Below the pieces are notes generated by a model that saw only the letters and a list, made by a program, of their open reading frames with translations, was not told the DNA's origin and searched no databases. From Oculina patagonica (Eukaryota), in the NCBI RefSeq assembly GCF_052425735.1, contig NC_135761.1, positions 17,484,001 through 17,548,000 of the forward strand: a DNA stretch of 64,000 bases, read 5' to 3'. Shown here piece after piece: positions 23,236-36,700 of the stretch. Numbering within the stretch: the first letter of the stretch is position 1; every line of letters begins with the position of its first letter. A program made the position numbers and the translations under genes.

Positions 23236-26200
23236 ATGTGTCCTTCGCTGTTGCTGTCTAGCTTCCTTGTATTGGCGGTCTTTACGGTGAGTTACAATAT
23301 ATCTAGATAATGGCACAAAAGACAATGCGTCTTTCGTAAACTGCTGCGGTATATCAACAGTCGCGTATCGCAGGAAAAGACAATCGGCCTCAATCAGTGG
23401 ATCAAAGACCGACATGAGTTTTTAAACAGTCTTTTCCAAGCATCTGCTCAAATTAAATCGAATCGAGGTAAGGAATGGCGTGTAAAAAAGATTATAAGCG
23501 CTTTGTTGTCGAGGATGTAAGAAGGTCTTAACGAACTCAAGCTCGCACAAATTGGACATTATAAGCGGTTCGTGCAGGTTGCTTCTCAGTTTGCGCTGAA
23601 AGAATATCCGCCGTCCACACATTGTTATGAAAAAGGCAAGCGATCAATCGTCAAAACAAGAAAGGGAGTATGTATAAAAGGGAAATTGTCCTAAGACTTC
23701 CCTCTTGAGTTGCCGTGTCAGTGGTGCTTACAGCTATTGTTCCTAAGTTTTATCAACATCGAGTTCACCTTTATAGCATAAATACACCGTCAAGCATACA
23801 GTTGAATATGCCTCAAAAGAAAGAAAACCTGGATCAGTATCATGAGCCTGCGAATATGACAGCCGCCTCTCGTCGCTTCTAGCTGCTAGGGCCGTTCGAA
23901 AGGGTTGCCATTCAAACTCACGAAGGTACACCCCAAGCGACCTAGATCGAAACGATGAGACGCGGTTGTATTCGCAGGCTGTTACAAGGGACAAAATGTT
24001 AAAATAATAGAACTGAGAATCAGTAAGTATTTGATATTGTCTTGTTATAGCACTAACTCACAAAGATAAACGACTGAAATCTATGACAATCGACGAGGAA
24101 GATTCCTGTATTTTTTAGACTAGTTGGTCTCAAAACTCAAAGAAGGTTAACTTTATTATTACTGTAAACTAAGTAGCTCTGTTTTGTATAAGCATTGATA
24201 GAGGGCTTCAGTTGTTTCTTTTACGATCACTTCATTTACATTGGCACGGATGTACAAACTAGTATGCTGTGATTTGTCACGCGAGGTACAGTCATTTCAC
24301 AAAAGAAAAACAAATTCAAATTCTGTACCAGGTGCCGCTGTCACGGGGGTCAGGAGGATTCTCCCAGGAAATCGAAAATTCCGTGCTGTGCACATTTTAC
24401 AATAGAAAAGTTTGCGCTTTTTACCTTTTCAATTCAGCCATTTTTATAACTCCTGACTAAAACGGTGGCTTGAAATCATCATCGGTACATTGAAAAAAAA
24501 AACACTTATTTACTTTCGGCAGATTATCACGAGCGCTTACAGATAAGTTACAACGTGTGAAAGATGAGTCAAGGCTCCTTTCGGGAATCTTTACAGTTCG
24601 GAACATTCGTAAAACACTGCAATGCCAATATGTTGGTTAAAAATGAGGTCAGTACTGAGCTGTAAGAGACAAAACAACAAACAAATCCTTTTTACGCTAT
24701 TGTTGTTTTTAGTTTCACTCAAAGTCTAGCCAACGTTTTTCCCGGCTTTCTTCTTGCTAACATCAGGACTTCGTATGCCCTTGTCTTAAACCTCTTAAAT
24801 GGTACTTAGTTCCGCGGATAAGAGGCGAAAGGCACGCATAGTCAATTTCACACGCAAAAGTTAGTAACTTTGAATCAACATTTTGCAAGAGCAACATTTT
24901 CCTTTTTGTTCGTTTCTCAGTGGTGGTAAAAAAAATGTTCCTTTCATATGTTAGGGCGTGTTCGTGCATGTGTGTGGAATTTGTTCCTCGTTCTTTTTTT
25001 AAAAATACATTAAAGACTGATGTAACTTCTGAAAGCTGATATGGGTACTAATTTCACTTAGTACTTTTAATTGCTTTTTGAAAAACGCAGACTTTATAGT
25101 GGATCTGTTGTCTAGGTAATTTGTTGCTATTGCAATGGTATGGAATATTGATAAAGGGAACACCAAATATGTATTGGAGTAGAGAATGAATTATTTTTTT
25201 TTATATTTTATAAAAAAAAAAAAAAAAAATTTTTTTTTTTTTATTAGTGATCCGACATTTGCGTGTTTGCTATAGCAAGGGCGATGACATCTTTGTGGTG
25301 AAATAAGCCACTTATTTCGGTGTTATAATCCTTGGTGTTATAAGCCATAATATCACCGTCCTGTGTCTATTAAAAACCATGCAGACTGAAAACGTGCGAC
25401 AGCTACAAGTGGCACAGCATTGTCTCCTCCTGGTGGTCTTTTTATTGATTAAGCTTTTCTCTTTTCAAATGAGCATCCGAACAATAGCAAAAAGGTGTAA
25501 ATTGCAGAGGAGTTTATTTTTGTGGCATCAGACAAAAAACTAACTTGCATGTCTGTGCCTTAATTACTTAATTAAGATCCGGTACAAAAGGATTAAGCTT
25601 AACATAAAGCTAAGAAAGTGATCAACAAAATTTCGTAGGAGAATCGAAATAAACTTTTCGACACACAGGTTAAAAGCCAGAGTAACTAAATACTTCTCTT
25701 GTAGCTTAAAGGACTTTCAACACAGAGAAGTTGTTAATATATATCACGCGCAATATTAACAGCTATTATTGGCTTGAGTGTACATGTGATTTTTTTTTAA
25801 ACTGCGATCATGCCCTTTTGAAAAAAACAATCGCCTGCGCTGATCAGAGGTTAATTTTGCTTCTGCTACATATTCCCTTCTACATGCCCCTCAACTCGAT
25901 GTCAACTTGTGTAAACGATCTATTGTTTTTGTCGCCGCTATATGTCGCAGCGACATGTCCCAGATTCGTAACCTCTCGTGTGTCGGCACCTTTAGATTGC
26001 GGTCGTGTTACTTAGCGTGTATGAAAGGGAAAGCGTATTCTCTTGGTGGGGAGGGAACACAAGTAGACCCATGCTCAGAATAATATTCAATTTCCTATTA
26101 GAGTCACAGAAACCATTCTATAGACCTCTTTTCCTTGGCACCACGCAATTTTCAGAAATGCTTCGTAGCATGGGTCGGGAAGCAGCTCTCGCAAGGACTT

Positions 26201-29200
26201 TCATGAACCAGAGAACAACAGAACAAACAACAGGAACAATGCTCATTGCCCCCCCCCCCCCCCAAAAAAAAAAAAAAAAAACAGTAGCAACTGCGACACT
26301 AGAAGACCGGTAGAATTAAAAGCTTAAGAGAGCTTTTAATCTCGCGGGTAGCTGCACCAGTTACATCGCTGTAACAATATTGCGAACAGTGTTGCACCGT
26401 ATACCCCGCGTCTTCAGCGTCCAAATTTCACATGTTGATATCTGTCTTGCCTCATTTTCTTGCCAGGTCAGTGTAGTGTGTGGTCCAGGCGGTCACGTGT
26501 CTCTTCTTTTTCGGTCCTTCTCAAACCCAAGTAGCCTGCTGCTCAGCGGCTACTGCTGTGACCCAGCATGCGCAGACTGTAACTATTACTTTGTGTTTTG
26601 CATCCGTGATAAACCGAGCTCCGCCAGCTGCTTGGTATCGGGTAAAACCAAGACATATCACAACTACAAGCACTTGGTGTTTTCGTCTGGCGATTCTCTT
26701 GGAAATGGCTGGAAAAATCCCTTGGAAGGAAGCTTTAGTTCTTGGAAGGTAAGGACTTTTTGCATCTTGTCTCTTCATAAGTGGTAGCAACTTGGTAGAT
26801 AAATTTGGTTGTTTAAAAATTACATTGTCATTAACTATTTAATGGTTAACAATGAGAGAACAACCCAATTTTTGTTGTTAAAATGTCAACTACGTATATC
26901 TGAGAGCGGGCAAGCGAGACAATAATTTACGTTTTTAAAAACTAAGCTTTAAGTTGAGAATTAATCGCCCCGGCCTAGCCTTATCATGCGCTGGTACCTA
27001 CATTGCCTGCCTCAAGGCCCTTCAACAAGGCTGTTGTATCAATCGCATTTCACAGTTATTTCCACAAGAACATAATTGTCTGGTAGATAATGTGGGCTCG
27101 AATAGTAATCATGAAGACAAACCAGCAAAATCAAAGGTCATCTTCGGGTTCTCAACTGAAAGCATGCAAGGGATTATCGCTAATTTGGAAAATCTTATAA
27201 ATTGTATGCGCTTAGTACTGCGAACTTTCCCATGAAGCAGTGCAACTTCCGGCATACACATGCATTTTTTAGAATGGTAGCAGGAACGTGTTACACGGCC
27301 AATCCCATACTTTCGAGGATTCACACCTACTCAAGCTGCTTGTCTTGTAATCCTAGTAACAATCTTCTGATAGTCACGAGCTATGACCTTTCGACTGACA
27401 CAAATGACTTCATATTATGTGCACAGGGTGTGCTTAGCTTTTCCATCGACATCTATGACTATGACTACTTTTCCGAAGCTGACGTCGTTGATCGCCTCAA
27501 TGTCAACAAACTTAACGTGACGCCGACCCCTTGGATGGAGTCAGTCAAATGGAAAACAATATCCCTCGGCGGGAGTGGTCATCCTTCCACCATGACGGTG
27601 AAATATAACATACAATGCAATGCAAATTATTATGGACCAAACTGCACGAAGTACTGTATCGCACATGATGACGATGTAGCTGGGCATTACACCTGTGATA
27701 AAGCCACTGGTCACAAGGTGTGTCGAGCTGGATGGCACGGTGCCAGTTGCAAGGTGTACTGTGTGCCTCATGATGATGACACACATGGGCATTACTCATG
27801 TGAGCCTGCCACTGGGAGAAAGATTTGTCTACAAGGTTGGTATGGATCTTCCTGTAAAGTGCACTGTGTCCCTAGGAATGACTCGCTGGCGGGTTATACT
27901 TGTGATTCCCAGGGGCAAAAAGTTTGCTTGCGGAATTGGTACGGTAAAGACAAGTGTGACGTTTATTGTAAACAGACCAACGATTCGAACGCTGCTTACA
28001 GTTGTGACTCGATTGGTAACAAAGTTTGTTTACAACGATGGTATGGTCCATTTTGTGATTGCACGCCCAGGAACGATTCTTCCATGGGTTACAAGTGTAA
28101 TATTACCACCGGTAAAAGAGAGTGTTTTAATGGATGGTTTGGTGGTGACTGTAATGTTCATTGTTTACCAAGGAATGATTCAGCAGGTCATTATACTTGC
28201 CACAGTGGTACTGGAGCTAAGGAATGTCTGCCGAACTGGTTTGGGGGAAACTGTACCGTGTACTGCAGGGCAAGGAATGATTCACTGGGTGGACAAGAGT
28301 GCACAATTAACGGCAGCCGACTTTGTGCCAGTAACTGGTATGGTCCAAGTTGCAGCGTGTACTGTTCCCCCAGAAACGACAAAGGCGGTCAGTACACTTG
28401 CAATCTAAAGACAGGACAAAAAATTTGTGAACAAGATTGGTACGGGGACAACTGTACCAAGTACTGTGTTCCCAAAGATAGTGATTTTTTTGGTCATTAC
28501 AATTGCAACAAGATCGATGGCAGAAAACAGTGCCATAGTGACTGGTATGGAAGCCACTGTACGTTCTTCTGTACCCCTCACAATGACACGCATGGACATT
28601 ACACGTGTGACGGAACAAATGGCACTAAGGTGTGTTTGGAAGATTGGTTTGGGACTGAGTGCAAAACGTATTGTAAAGCAATGAACAACTCTCAAGGGCA
28701 TTATTACTGTCGTCTCGAGGATGGAGCCAAGATATGCCACAAACATTGGTATGGTACTAACTGTTTAGTACACTGTATGGCTACAAATGACTCTAGGGGT
28801 CATTATGAGTGTGATCCTAGCGATGGTAGCAAGATATGCCATGCGGACTTTTACGGTCCGAACTGTTCGACACGCTGTATTCCAAAGCGAGGCAATGCAG
28901 ATGGACATTATGACTGCAACATCAAGGATGGCAGTAAGGCTTGCCTTCCGAACTGGTACGGACAAAATTGTAGCGTGTATTGTACAGCTAGGAATGACTC
29001 GACAGGACATTACGAGTGCAATGCAGTGGACGGGAGTTGGAGCTGTCTGGATGATTGGTACGGTCCTCACTGCTCCGTACAATGCTCGCCACAGAACACA
29101 TCCGCGGGTCATTACACATGTGACCTTAGAAACGGGAGCAGAATATGTCTTCCAGGCTGGACTGGGCAGTTCTGCGACAAGGGTGAGTTTTAAATTTGAA

Positions 29201-29837
29201 TTCTTTGTACTATTTTTTCTAAGTACTCATGTTGGTTCTACGACTCTGTAATGAACTTACCAAGAAAGTAATAAGTGGTAAAAGTAGCAAACAGGGGTAC
29301 ACAATGTAAGCCTCTACAGTAGTAGGATATCGTAGTTTTCTTATTTTACTTACCAATGCACTATTGTTTCTGTCTTGTTCCTTTTTGTAAATAATGTGTC
29401 CCAACTCCATTTGCCTTCTTTTAAAATCTGGTCTTCAGAAGTATACTTTTTTGTTTATTTTTCTGGGGCTTAAGTATGGTTTAGCGTAAATCCTTCTACT
29501 CCTAAGGTCAAGCTTAGTCATGATTAGAATGCCGTGGATAAGGCCAAGCAATAGAGCAATACTTTCAAGTGGCACTGGATGTTTCAGGATTTTTTTTTTC
29601 AGCAATGTTGAATTTTGGCAATCTTTGAATCAAATAAAGCGTTAAGGATGCTGGAGGAAAATCCATTTCGAAAATTTAAATATTTTTTCTAAGAGAAGAA
29701 AGAAAGGAGGAACAATACATCGCTTCTTTTTTTCCTTGCTGAAAACTTTCTTCCTCACTATGATTTTTCCAGAAACTGAGCCAGTGACAAAAGAGCCTAC
29801 AACCATCATTCGAACAACAACAACGACAAAAACACCC

Positions 29838-29869
<32 letters not shown>

Positions 29870-32800
29870 CAACAACAGCAACAACAACAACAAACCGAAC
29901 ATCCAACATCCGAAAAGTCCTCCTTGCCATGGAGCCACCCAGTTACTGAGCCAGTGACAAAGGAGCGTACTACCAACATTCGAACAACAACAACAAAAAC
30001 CAATTCCAGCATCCGAAGAGTCCACCTTGCCATGGACCCATCCAACCTTGCCTTCGCAGTATAAAAACGAAGAGAGGATTGTGATAAAGTTCTGGCACCA
30101 GTGGAATGGAGAAAAGGTGAGTTTGAAACAAGCACATTCATGGAGTTTTAAAAAGGCGTTTCTTTTAGTTCATTCCAAAGGTATAGAAAAGGGATGCATT
30201 ATTCCTACTGTAGGAATAGTGAAAGGAGTACTATTTTCTGTAGAAGGTACATGCACGAAAGGGTTACTTTTTCTGCCAAAAATGGTGGCGTCGAAAAACT
30301 AACCTCACATTTGTATTCATAGATAGATGTTTTGCAATTCAAGGGACATTTGTGGCCTCACGCATGAAGTTTTAGTTAAATTAAATGAATCTCCAGTGTT
30401 GTGTTTACATATTTGTTTCTCTTTCTTACAGTTTCTGAATGAGGCTCTCGACAATCTGAAATCTCTTTTCGCGAGTAAACTAAACAAGTTTTGTGAATCG
30501 GAAGCAAACTCTAAGTGTGGACTGCCAGATAGTTGGTTTCCTCCTAATAGGTTGGTGTAATCACTGTAAAATTCTCGAATTTTACTTCTATGCACTTCTT
30601 CTTTTTATAGTCACGGCTGAAAGGAGCATAAAAAGCGTTTAGGCCGTGTCCCAGTACAATTGTCAAAATAAATGCCTACAGGTATTCAAACAGCTTTAAC
30701 AAATGAACAACACAGTGCAGTGCAGCGCAGCGCGGTGAAGGGTTTTTCCATTAGGGTCTGATGTGTTGACTACATCTCAAATGGCCCGAAGTATCACTGG
30801 ATCGTATGGCAAATGAGCTCCTTACTGACAACTGACAGAGGGCCAGAATGTTAAAATGTCAACTGCCGAAGGGCTTGAAATTAGAACTGGCATTTAAACT
30901 GTCAGTCTCTCCTCTAAGTGCAACGTACAAACCAGAACGTTCCGACCTGGTGTCGTACAGGGCAGTGTTAATAACTGTGCTTCTAATTTCAAAATTCAAA
31001 TGCTCATCACTTACCTCAGTGGCATATATATCTTGTTTTTATGATATATTAAGGGACTGATCAAACACTTTTCTTCCTGTTTTTTTTTTAGATCACTCTT
31101 TGATTCTGAGAGTATTTTAGTGGAAGCGACTCAGCTAACAAACGAAACTCTAACAGTTGAAGTCGCCGTGAAACTTCCTCCAAGTGTCAAAGGTGAAGCA
31201 ATCACTGAAACATTTATCTGCGACATATTAGGTTTTAACTGCCTCCTTCTTGCTAACCCATAAAGTGATTACAGTGGAACCCCGATATAACGATATGTCA
31301 AGGGAGCAGTAAAAATATATCGTTATATCGAGGTATCGTTATATCGAAACTCCCGATATAACGATATGGCCGTAAAATAACCGAAAATATCGTTATATCG
31401 GGGTTAACTTAATCAAAGATACTGAAACTTAGAGAACTATTGAATGACAAGGAGGATAAAGAGGATAAAGTTGATAAAAAAGGCTTAGAACACAGTATCA
31501 TTTTCGTATATAATTGTACAAAGCGGTTGGCAGAAACATTAGAGATTACACGATTACTGTAAGGTTATTGTGTTCAATTCAATGTTTTGCTTAAATTGGT
31601 ACTGAGTACTGATAATATCGTTATATCGGGAAAGATTTTACGTTCGGTGCACTAAATTCTCATCGTTATATCGGGAATATCGTTATATCGAAGATCGTTA
31701 TATCGGGTTTCTGTCCCATACTCTTTACTGTAACTTTTGACGGGACAAAGAATATTCATCGTTATATCGGGAATATCGTTATATCGAGGATCGTTATATC
31801 GGGGTTCCACTGTAATTACGCGTCACATACATGCCATTTCAGGATCAGTTCCAGGCCGCACGCTGGAAGAGGCGGTAATGATCAACAAAGCCGTCATTAA
31901 AAATGTCACATCAGCGGAAATCAAAGAGGTCTACGTTGTTTCCCCGAGCTTGCCACCAGGCCTCTCTGGGTCAGCGGTGTCCACGAGGTCGTCAACGGTT
32001 TTGTCTTCCTCGCTATTTTACGTCATCGTCGCTGCGGGTTTCACTATTCTTCTTCTTGTTGTGATCATTGCGTCGTGGAGTTTCTTCAAGTACAGGTAAT
32101 TATGACTCTTATCTGGTGCAGTTTTGTTGCACATTGAGTCTAAATATTGTTCGGGCATGATAAGCTTGGTTATCAAGCAAAGCATGGGCTTGAAGTATCA
32201 ACAAGGTGTACCGCTGAGTGGGGCCTTGGTTCTTCCGCACAGATGGGAGAGTTCTTTGATGACTGTCAAAAATCGTTTAGCCCACAAAAAGCGAATTAAA
32301 CCAATCGAAACTCAAAGCAGACTAACCTACTATTCTTGCATGCAGTATAGATTTTTTTTTTTGGGGGGGGGGGTGGGGGAGGGGGGCTAAGTCACGCAAG
32401 CCGTAGTGAGTCAGACTGCATGAGGTATGCACCGTTGAAAATTGCCATCATTATCGTCGCGCCTCTCCGAGGTTTACCCATTCCCCCTGTGACTTGCGTC
32501 ATTCACCGGTACATTTTTCCGCAAAATTATTGGAACTGATTGTACGGATTTCGTGAGCTCATTTTAAAACGAGACGCCAAAACACACCCAAAACTGCCAT
32601 TGCAGATCTCCTCTGTTGTCTTAGTTGTTTACATGAAGTTTTTTATCGTTTCTCTATTCAGAAGAAGGTCTCGTGTTCGTGTCATCAAGGTAACGCCTGC
32701 ATGCAGAAAATGGTCATCGGGTGACAATATTGCTTTGGTATCAAGGGTTTCTAATGAAGACACAGAGGTAAGTCGTTATCAAGTATAAGTATTTTCAGCT

Positions 32801-33371
32801 GTTGAGGCTTTGATCAAAAACGTACCGTCAGTTACAATAGTGTCAGACATTGTAAACGGCTTCCGCATCTTTCAAAACATGCATGCCAAGCCGATATACT
32901 TGCTCTTTCTACTATTTTGACACTTCTATTTTTTCCATAAAAGGTTGAATTCTGGGGGAAAAATTGGCTTGCTGTATAGTACGCGGTCCGCGAGTTAATG
33001 AATGATTGGTGGGGGAGGAGGGGGGGGGGGGGGGGCGTTGCCAAAAACTTACAACAGTCGCTTTGAATACAACAAGAAGACTGGATCTGGTTCCACAAAC
33101 GACCTTTAGTGGTCGAATCGAAAAAAATATAAAAAGCATGATAGGTCACTTGCTATAAGAAAGAGCTGTTCACAGACTACGAATCAAAGTGCTGACTTGG
33201 CAAGATTAGCCAACATTGACATTATTCATCACATGAGTGTAATTTCTTTTCGGTATAGTACTGGCAGACAACCCATTCTTGGTTTCTTTGTTTTATCCTT
33301 AGGGTATCAAGATTTCTCGCGGCATCTCTCACTCCACGGTTCTTCCGTGTGGTGTAGTTTTACAGCCTTAA
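23236..33371 (+). CDS. Poly-DSL Delta-like type-I membrane protein E: signal peptide, MNNL/C2, 15 DSL repeats, Thr-rich stalk, SEA-like domain, TM, short tail; in-frame stop in the stalk exon as assembled
   Basis: Exons 23236-23286 (MCPSLLLSSFLVLAVFT), 26467-26748, 27427-29182, 29773-30116, 30432-30550, 31092-31192, 31843-32095 (TM LFYVIVAAGFTILLLVVIIASWSFF), 32662-32767 and 33303-33371. Splice phases are mutually consistent. Repeats match C-x3-(W/Y)(Y/F)G-x2-C-x3-C-xP(R)xD-x2-GHYxC-x3-G-x3. TGA at 29955-29957. Confidence 0.8.
29812..29893 (+). repeat. (ACA/ACC/AAC)n coding microsatellite in the stalk exon of gene E
   Basis: Direct reading of the sequence; lies in the first of two ~170-nt/~100-nt tandem units beginning actgagccagtgacaaa. 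Confidence 0.9.
31272..31812. mobile_element. Tc1/mariner-pogo type MITE
   Basis: TIR CAGTGGAACCCCGATATAACGA, TA TSD, many ATCGTTATATCG subterminal repeats. Confidence 0.88.
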
Positions 33372-33781
33372 TTCTGATGAAGGTAACAAGTCACAGGTGA
33401 CTAATAAAGAGGGGCTCTAACTCAACTGGGCCTGATCCGACGAGTGTACTTATGAGTTCTTGTGTAACGAGACAAAACAAATTTGCAACACTTTGCTCTT
33501 AAAAAGAGAAAATTTATTGCTATATCTTCATTACGTAATTCTTACTGAGGTACGTCTTAGCAAATGTAATTATTAAAACGACTCAAATAATCGCAAAGCG
33601 AAAATGGAGCTTTTTGGTGTAGCTATTACAAGTCCATAATTTGATTGCTATTGCTGGTCTCCTTTGACTACTGTTTAACGATACACAATCGTTCCTACTA
33701 ATAGGGGGGGGATTGTCGATCAGATTTCCCTATTGATAATACGTCAAAGCATCAGTAAAACTAAGGAATGACTGACACTTC

Positions 33782-36700
33782 TTACTCAATCGTAAACAGC
33801 TCCTCCTGGCTTCGAAAACGACAGTTTTGCCCTTCCCAGCCTTTCAAGCACACTTTACTTCCGTCACGTTCGTCGCACGTGTAATGCCCGTTCACGGTGT
33901 CGTTATGCGGCACGCAATACGCGGCACAGTCGGGCCCATACCACGACGGATGACACTCTTTTACTCCTTCGTCGATACAGTCGTAGTTCACTTGCTTCTC
34001 AACGATTAAGCACGTCAGGGAGCAGTTACCGTCGAATCGACGGACACCGTCAAGACAGAGCTTGTTTCCTTCGTTGTCACAGGTGTAATTCCCCAGATGG
34101 TGGTCAGTTTGAGGAACACAGAACACCGTGCAGTTCTCGCCGAACCATCCATCAAGGCACTTCTTACTTCCGTCATGCGCACAGCTGAAATGTCCGCTGT
34201 CGTCATCGCGAGGAATGCATTGCGTGATACACTCGGCACCAAACCACGTCGGGAGGCACACTTTTAAACCATCGGACGGTCTGCATCTGTTGTGAACGAA
34301 TAAGAATGTAATACATTTATTCTTAGCGCCAATCACACCTTTCCTAGAAGTGCGGTTGCTTATAAACCCTTCTATAGCTGTATTTGAATTTGAATGACCC
34401 TAGTTCGCAACTGGTACTAAGTAGGTTGATATAAGTGATTTGACGGATTTAGTAAGAAAAGGGAGAGAAGATATTAGTTTGAAAGTGACCCTGGCAAAGA
34501 GTAAAGTTTCAGTGGTACCGGGTATAAGAACTACTGGCTCTATTTCTGGCCTTGTGGCTTCCTCGTACATGGGGCTTCACAATTTTCTCGTTAACTGATA
34601 ATATTTGAATGTTCACATAATCCATTTCGATACTGCATCCCTTCCCCAATGGAGAGAGAGAATATTTTGTTGTTTAAAAGTTCAATGTAACAGCGATTTC
34701 CAGGTTCCATTTTCTATTCGCGGTTTTTTCCAAATTTTTAATTTATCTAGACATGTGAATCAATCATTTCTCGGGATTTTCCTCGTTGAGTTGCATCGAA
34801 CTATATGATATTTATAAGCACTGCAGAAACAAGACCAACATACTTTTAAGAAACCACCATGTTGCCCGGCACTGATGACCCAAGTTACATAAAGAATACC
34901 ACGAAAAGTCTCAAAAAGAGGTTTCTCCTGCTATTCTTTGGGCAACTTGGGATAATCCTGCTGTATTAGAAGTATTTTCCTTATTTGTGTGAAAACCCTC
35001 TACTTCCTGAAGCAAATACCGTAATGATTCAATTCAGCGCCCGGGGCGTTTATTTACTTTTGGCACCTCAAGGGAGGGCGCTTATTCGAGACAGGGCGCT
35101 TATTTAATTTTTTGAGAAACAGCCAAATGTTCAAAACACAAAGTAAATAAATATTAAAACAACTAACAATAACAGAAACTGTAATAGTAACAGTACCAAA
35201 TTGTTGAAAATTTTAGTTACTTATTCGAAAGAGGGCGCTTATTGGAAGGAGGGCGCTAAATCAAATCATTACGGTAGTCAAAAATCGACTAAAAATTATC
35301 AATTAATTACAGATGGGGGTTCGTGAAGACTTACTTGTAATGTCCTTTCTCGTCACTATCCTGAGGCACACAGTATGAAGAACAGCGCGAGCCAAACCAA
35401 TTTTTCACGCATCTGTTACATGACGGACCTTCCCAACGAGACCGGCATATCTTATTTCCCTCCTTGTCGCACGTGTAGTGTCCGCGCCAGTCATCCCGCG
35501 GGACACACGACCGAGTGCAGCTGTTACCATACCAATGCCGCCTGCAAACCTTTCTTCCCTGACTATCACACGTGTAGTGTCCGCTCGAGTCATCCCGCGG
35601 GACGCACTTCACACTGCACCTAGGCCCATAGTAGTTCGCGTCGCAATACAACTCCAAGTCAAGCGTCACTGTAACGCCTCGCTCCCTTAGCGTCAGACTT
35701 TTTCGTAACGGGTTGCGGGATGTCCCTGGGGTGACGGAAGGGAGCGTTATAGACGGACTCCCTACGAAGTCATCGTTCGTAAATTTGTCCTTGTCCCAAA
35801 CTTGCACTATTATCGCAAGGGCGCCCTGTAATGATAAATACAGCTACATGTAACATCAAAATTTTACTGTGGACCTCTCGTTTAACCAAACACATTGCAC
35901 GACTTAGTTGATATGGACCCGGTGCAGGCGGAGAAAAGAAATAATAGACAGCATACTAGAGCAGTTTTCAATTGAGTGTCGTAAAACCAAAACCAAACTC
36001 CAAACTCCGGCCAATCACAAAGGACACAGACAATCCAGTGAACCAATCAAAGCTCGAAGCAAATACATTAGCTGGCACGAAGCGCGGGAAAACGTGCGAG
36101 CGAGTCACGATTGGTTTTGGTTTTACTCCTGATTGGCTGAGAAAGTGGCGCGAGATTTTTAAGCCAATTACTAAGCGTAGTTATGCAAAACCAATGCAAA
36201 CGCAATTTACTTTTGACACTCAAGTAAAAACCGCTCTATCCACCCAAATGACTTAATATAACTGCATTCTTGCTGTATTTTGGCTAGCTCACTGGACAAG
36301 TCAAAATACGATGAGAAGTAGAAAGGTGAAGCGATATTTCAGTTTTTTTTTCAATTTGCAAACAGGTATAATTGAACGCTTTCTTTCCCGAAAACCAGAC
36401 TTTAAACAGTGTGTTGCGCTGCGCATGGTCAGGAGAACTAACACAGATATCAAACCATGTTTGTTTGCGCTTTAATTTTACTTTACTGACTGCAACGGGT
36501 TAATAAAGCACCTACTTGAAAAGTATTAAAGGAGAACGACTTCCTAATGTTAAACGAATGGTCATCCCGGTCTCCAACCACGCCTGTCTCGCTTTGTCCA
36601 ATGTTGCAGCTAGATGAAGATGATCCAAAGGCTGCCTGACTCACGCACAGTTTAAAATAAGCATCGCACGGGTAGCACCGGCCAAAGTTAAACATCAAGT

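Noticed and set aside
27695-28408. Long alternative-frame and antisense ORFs over the DSL arrays (also 54867-56225 and 40152-40760)
   Set aside because: Shadow frames of repetitive Cys/Gly/His/Asp codons; no splice or start context.
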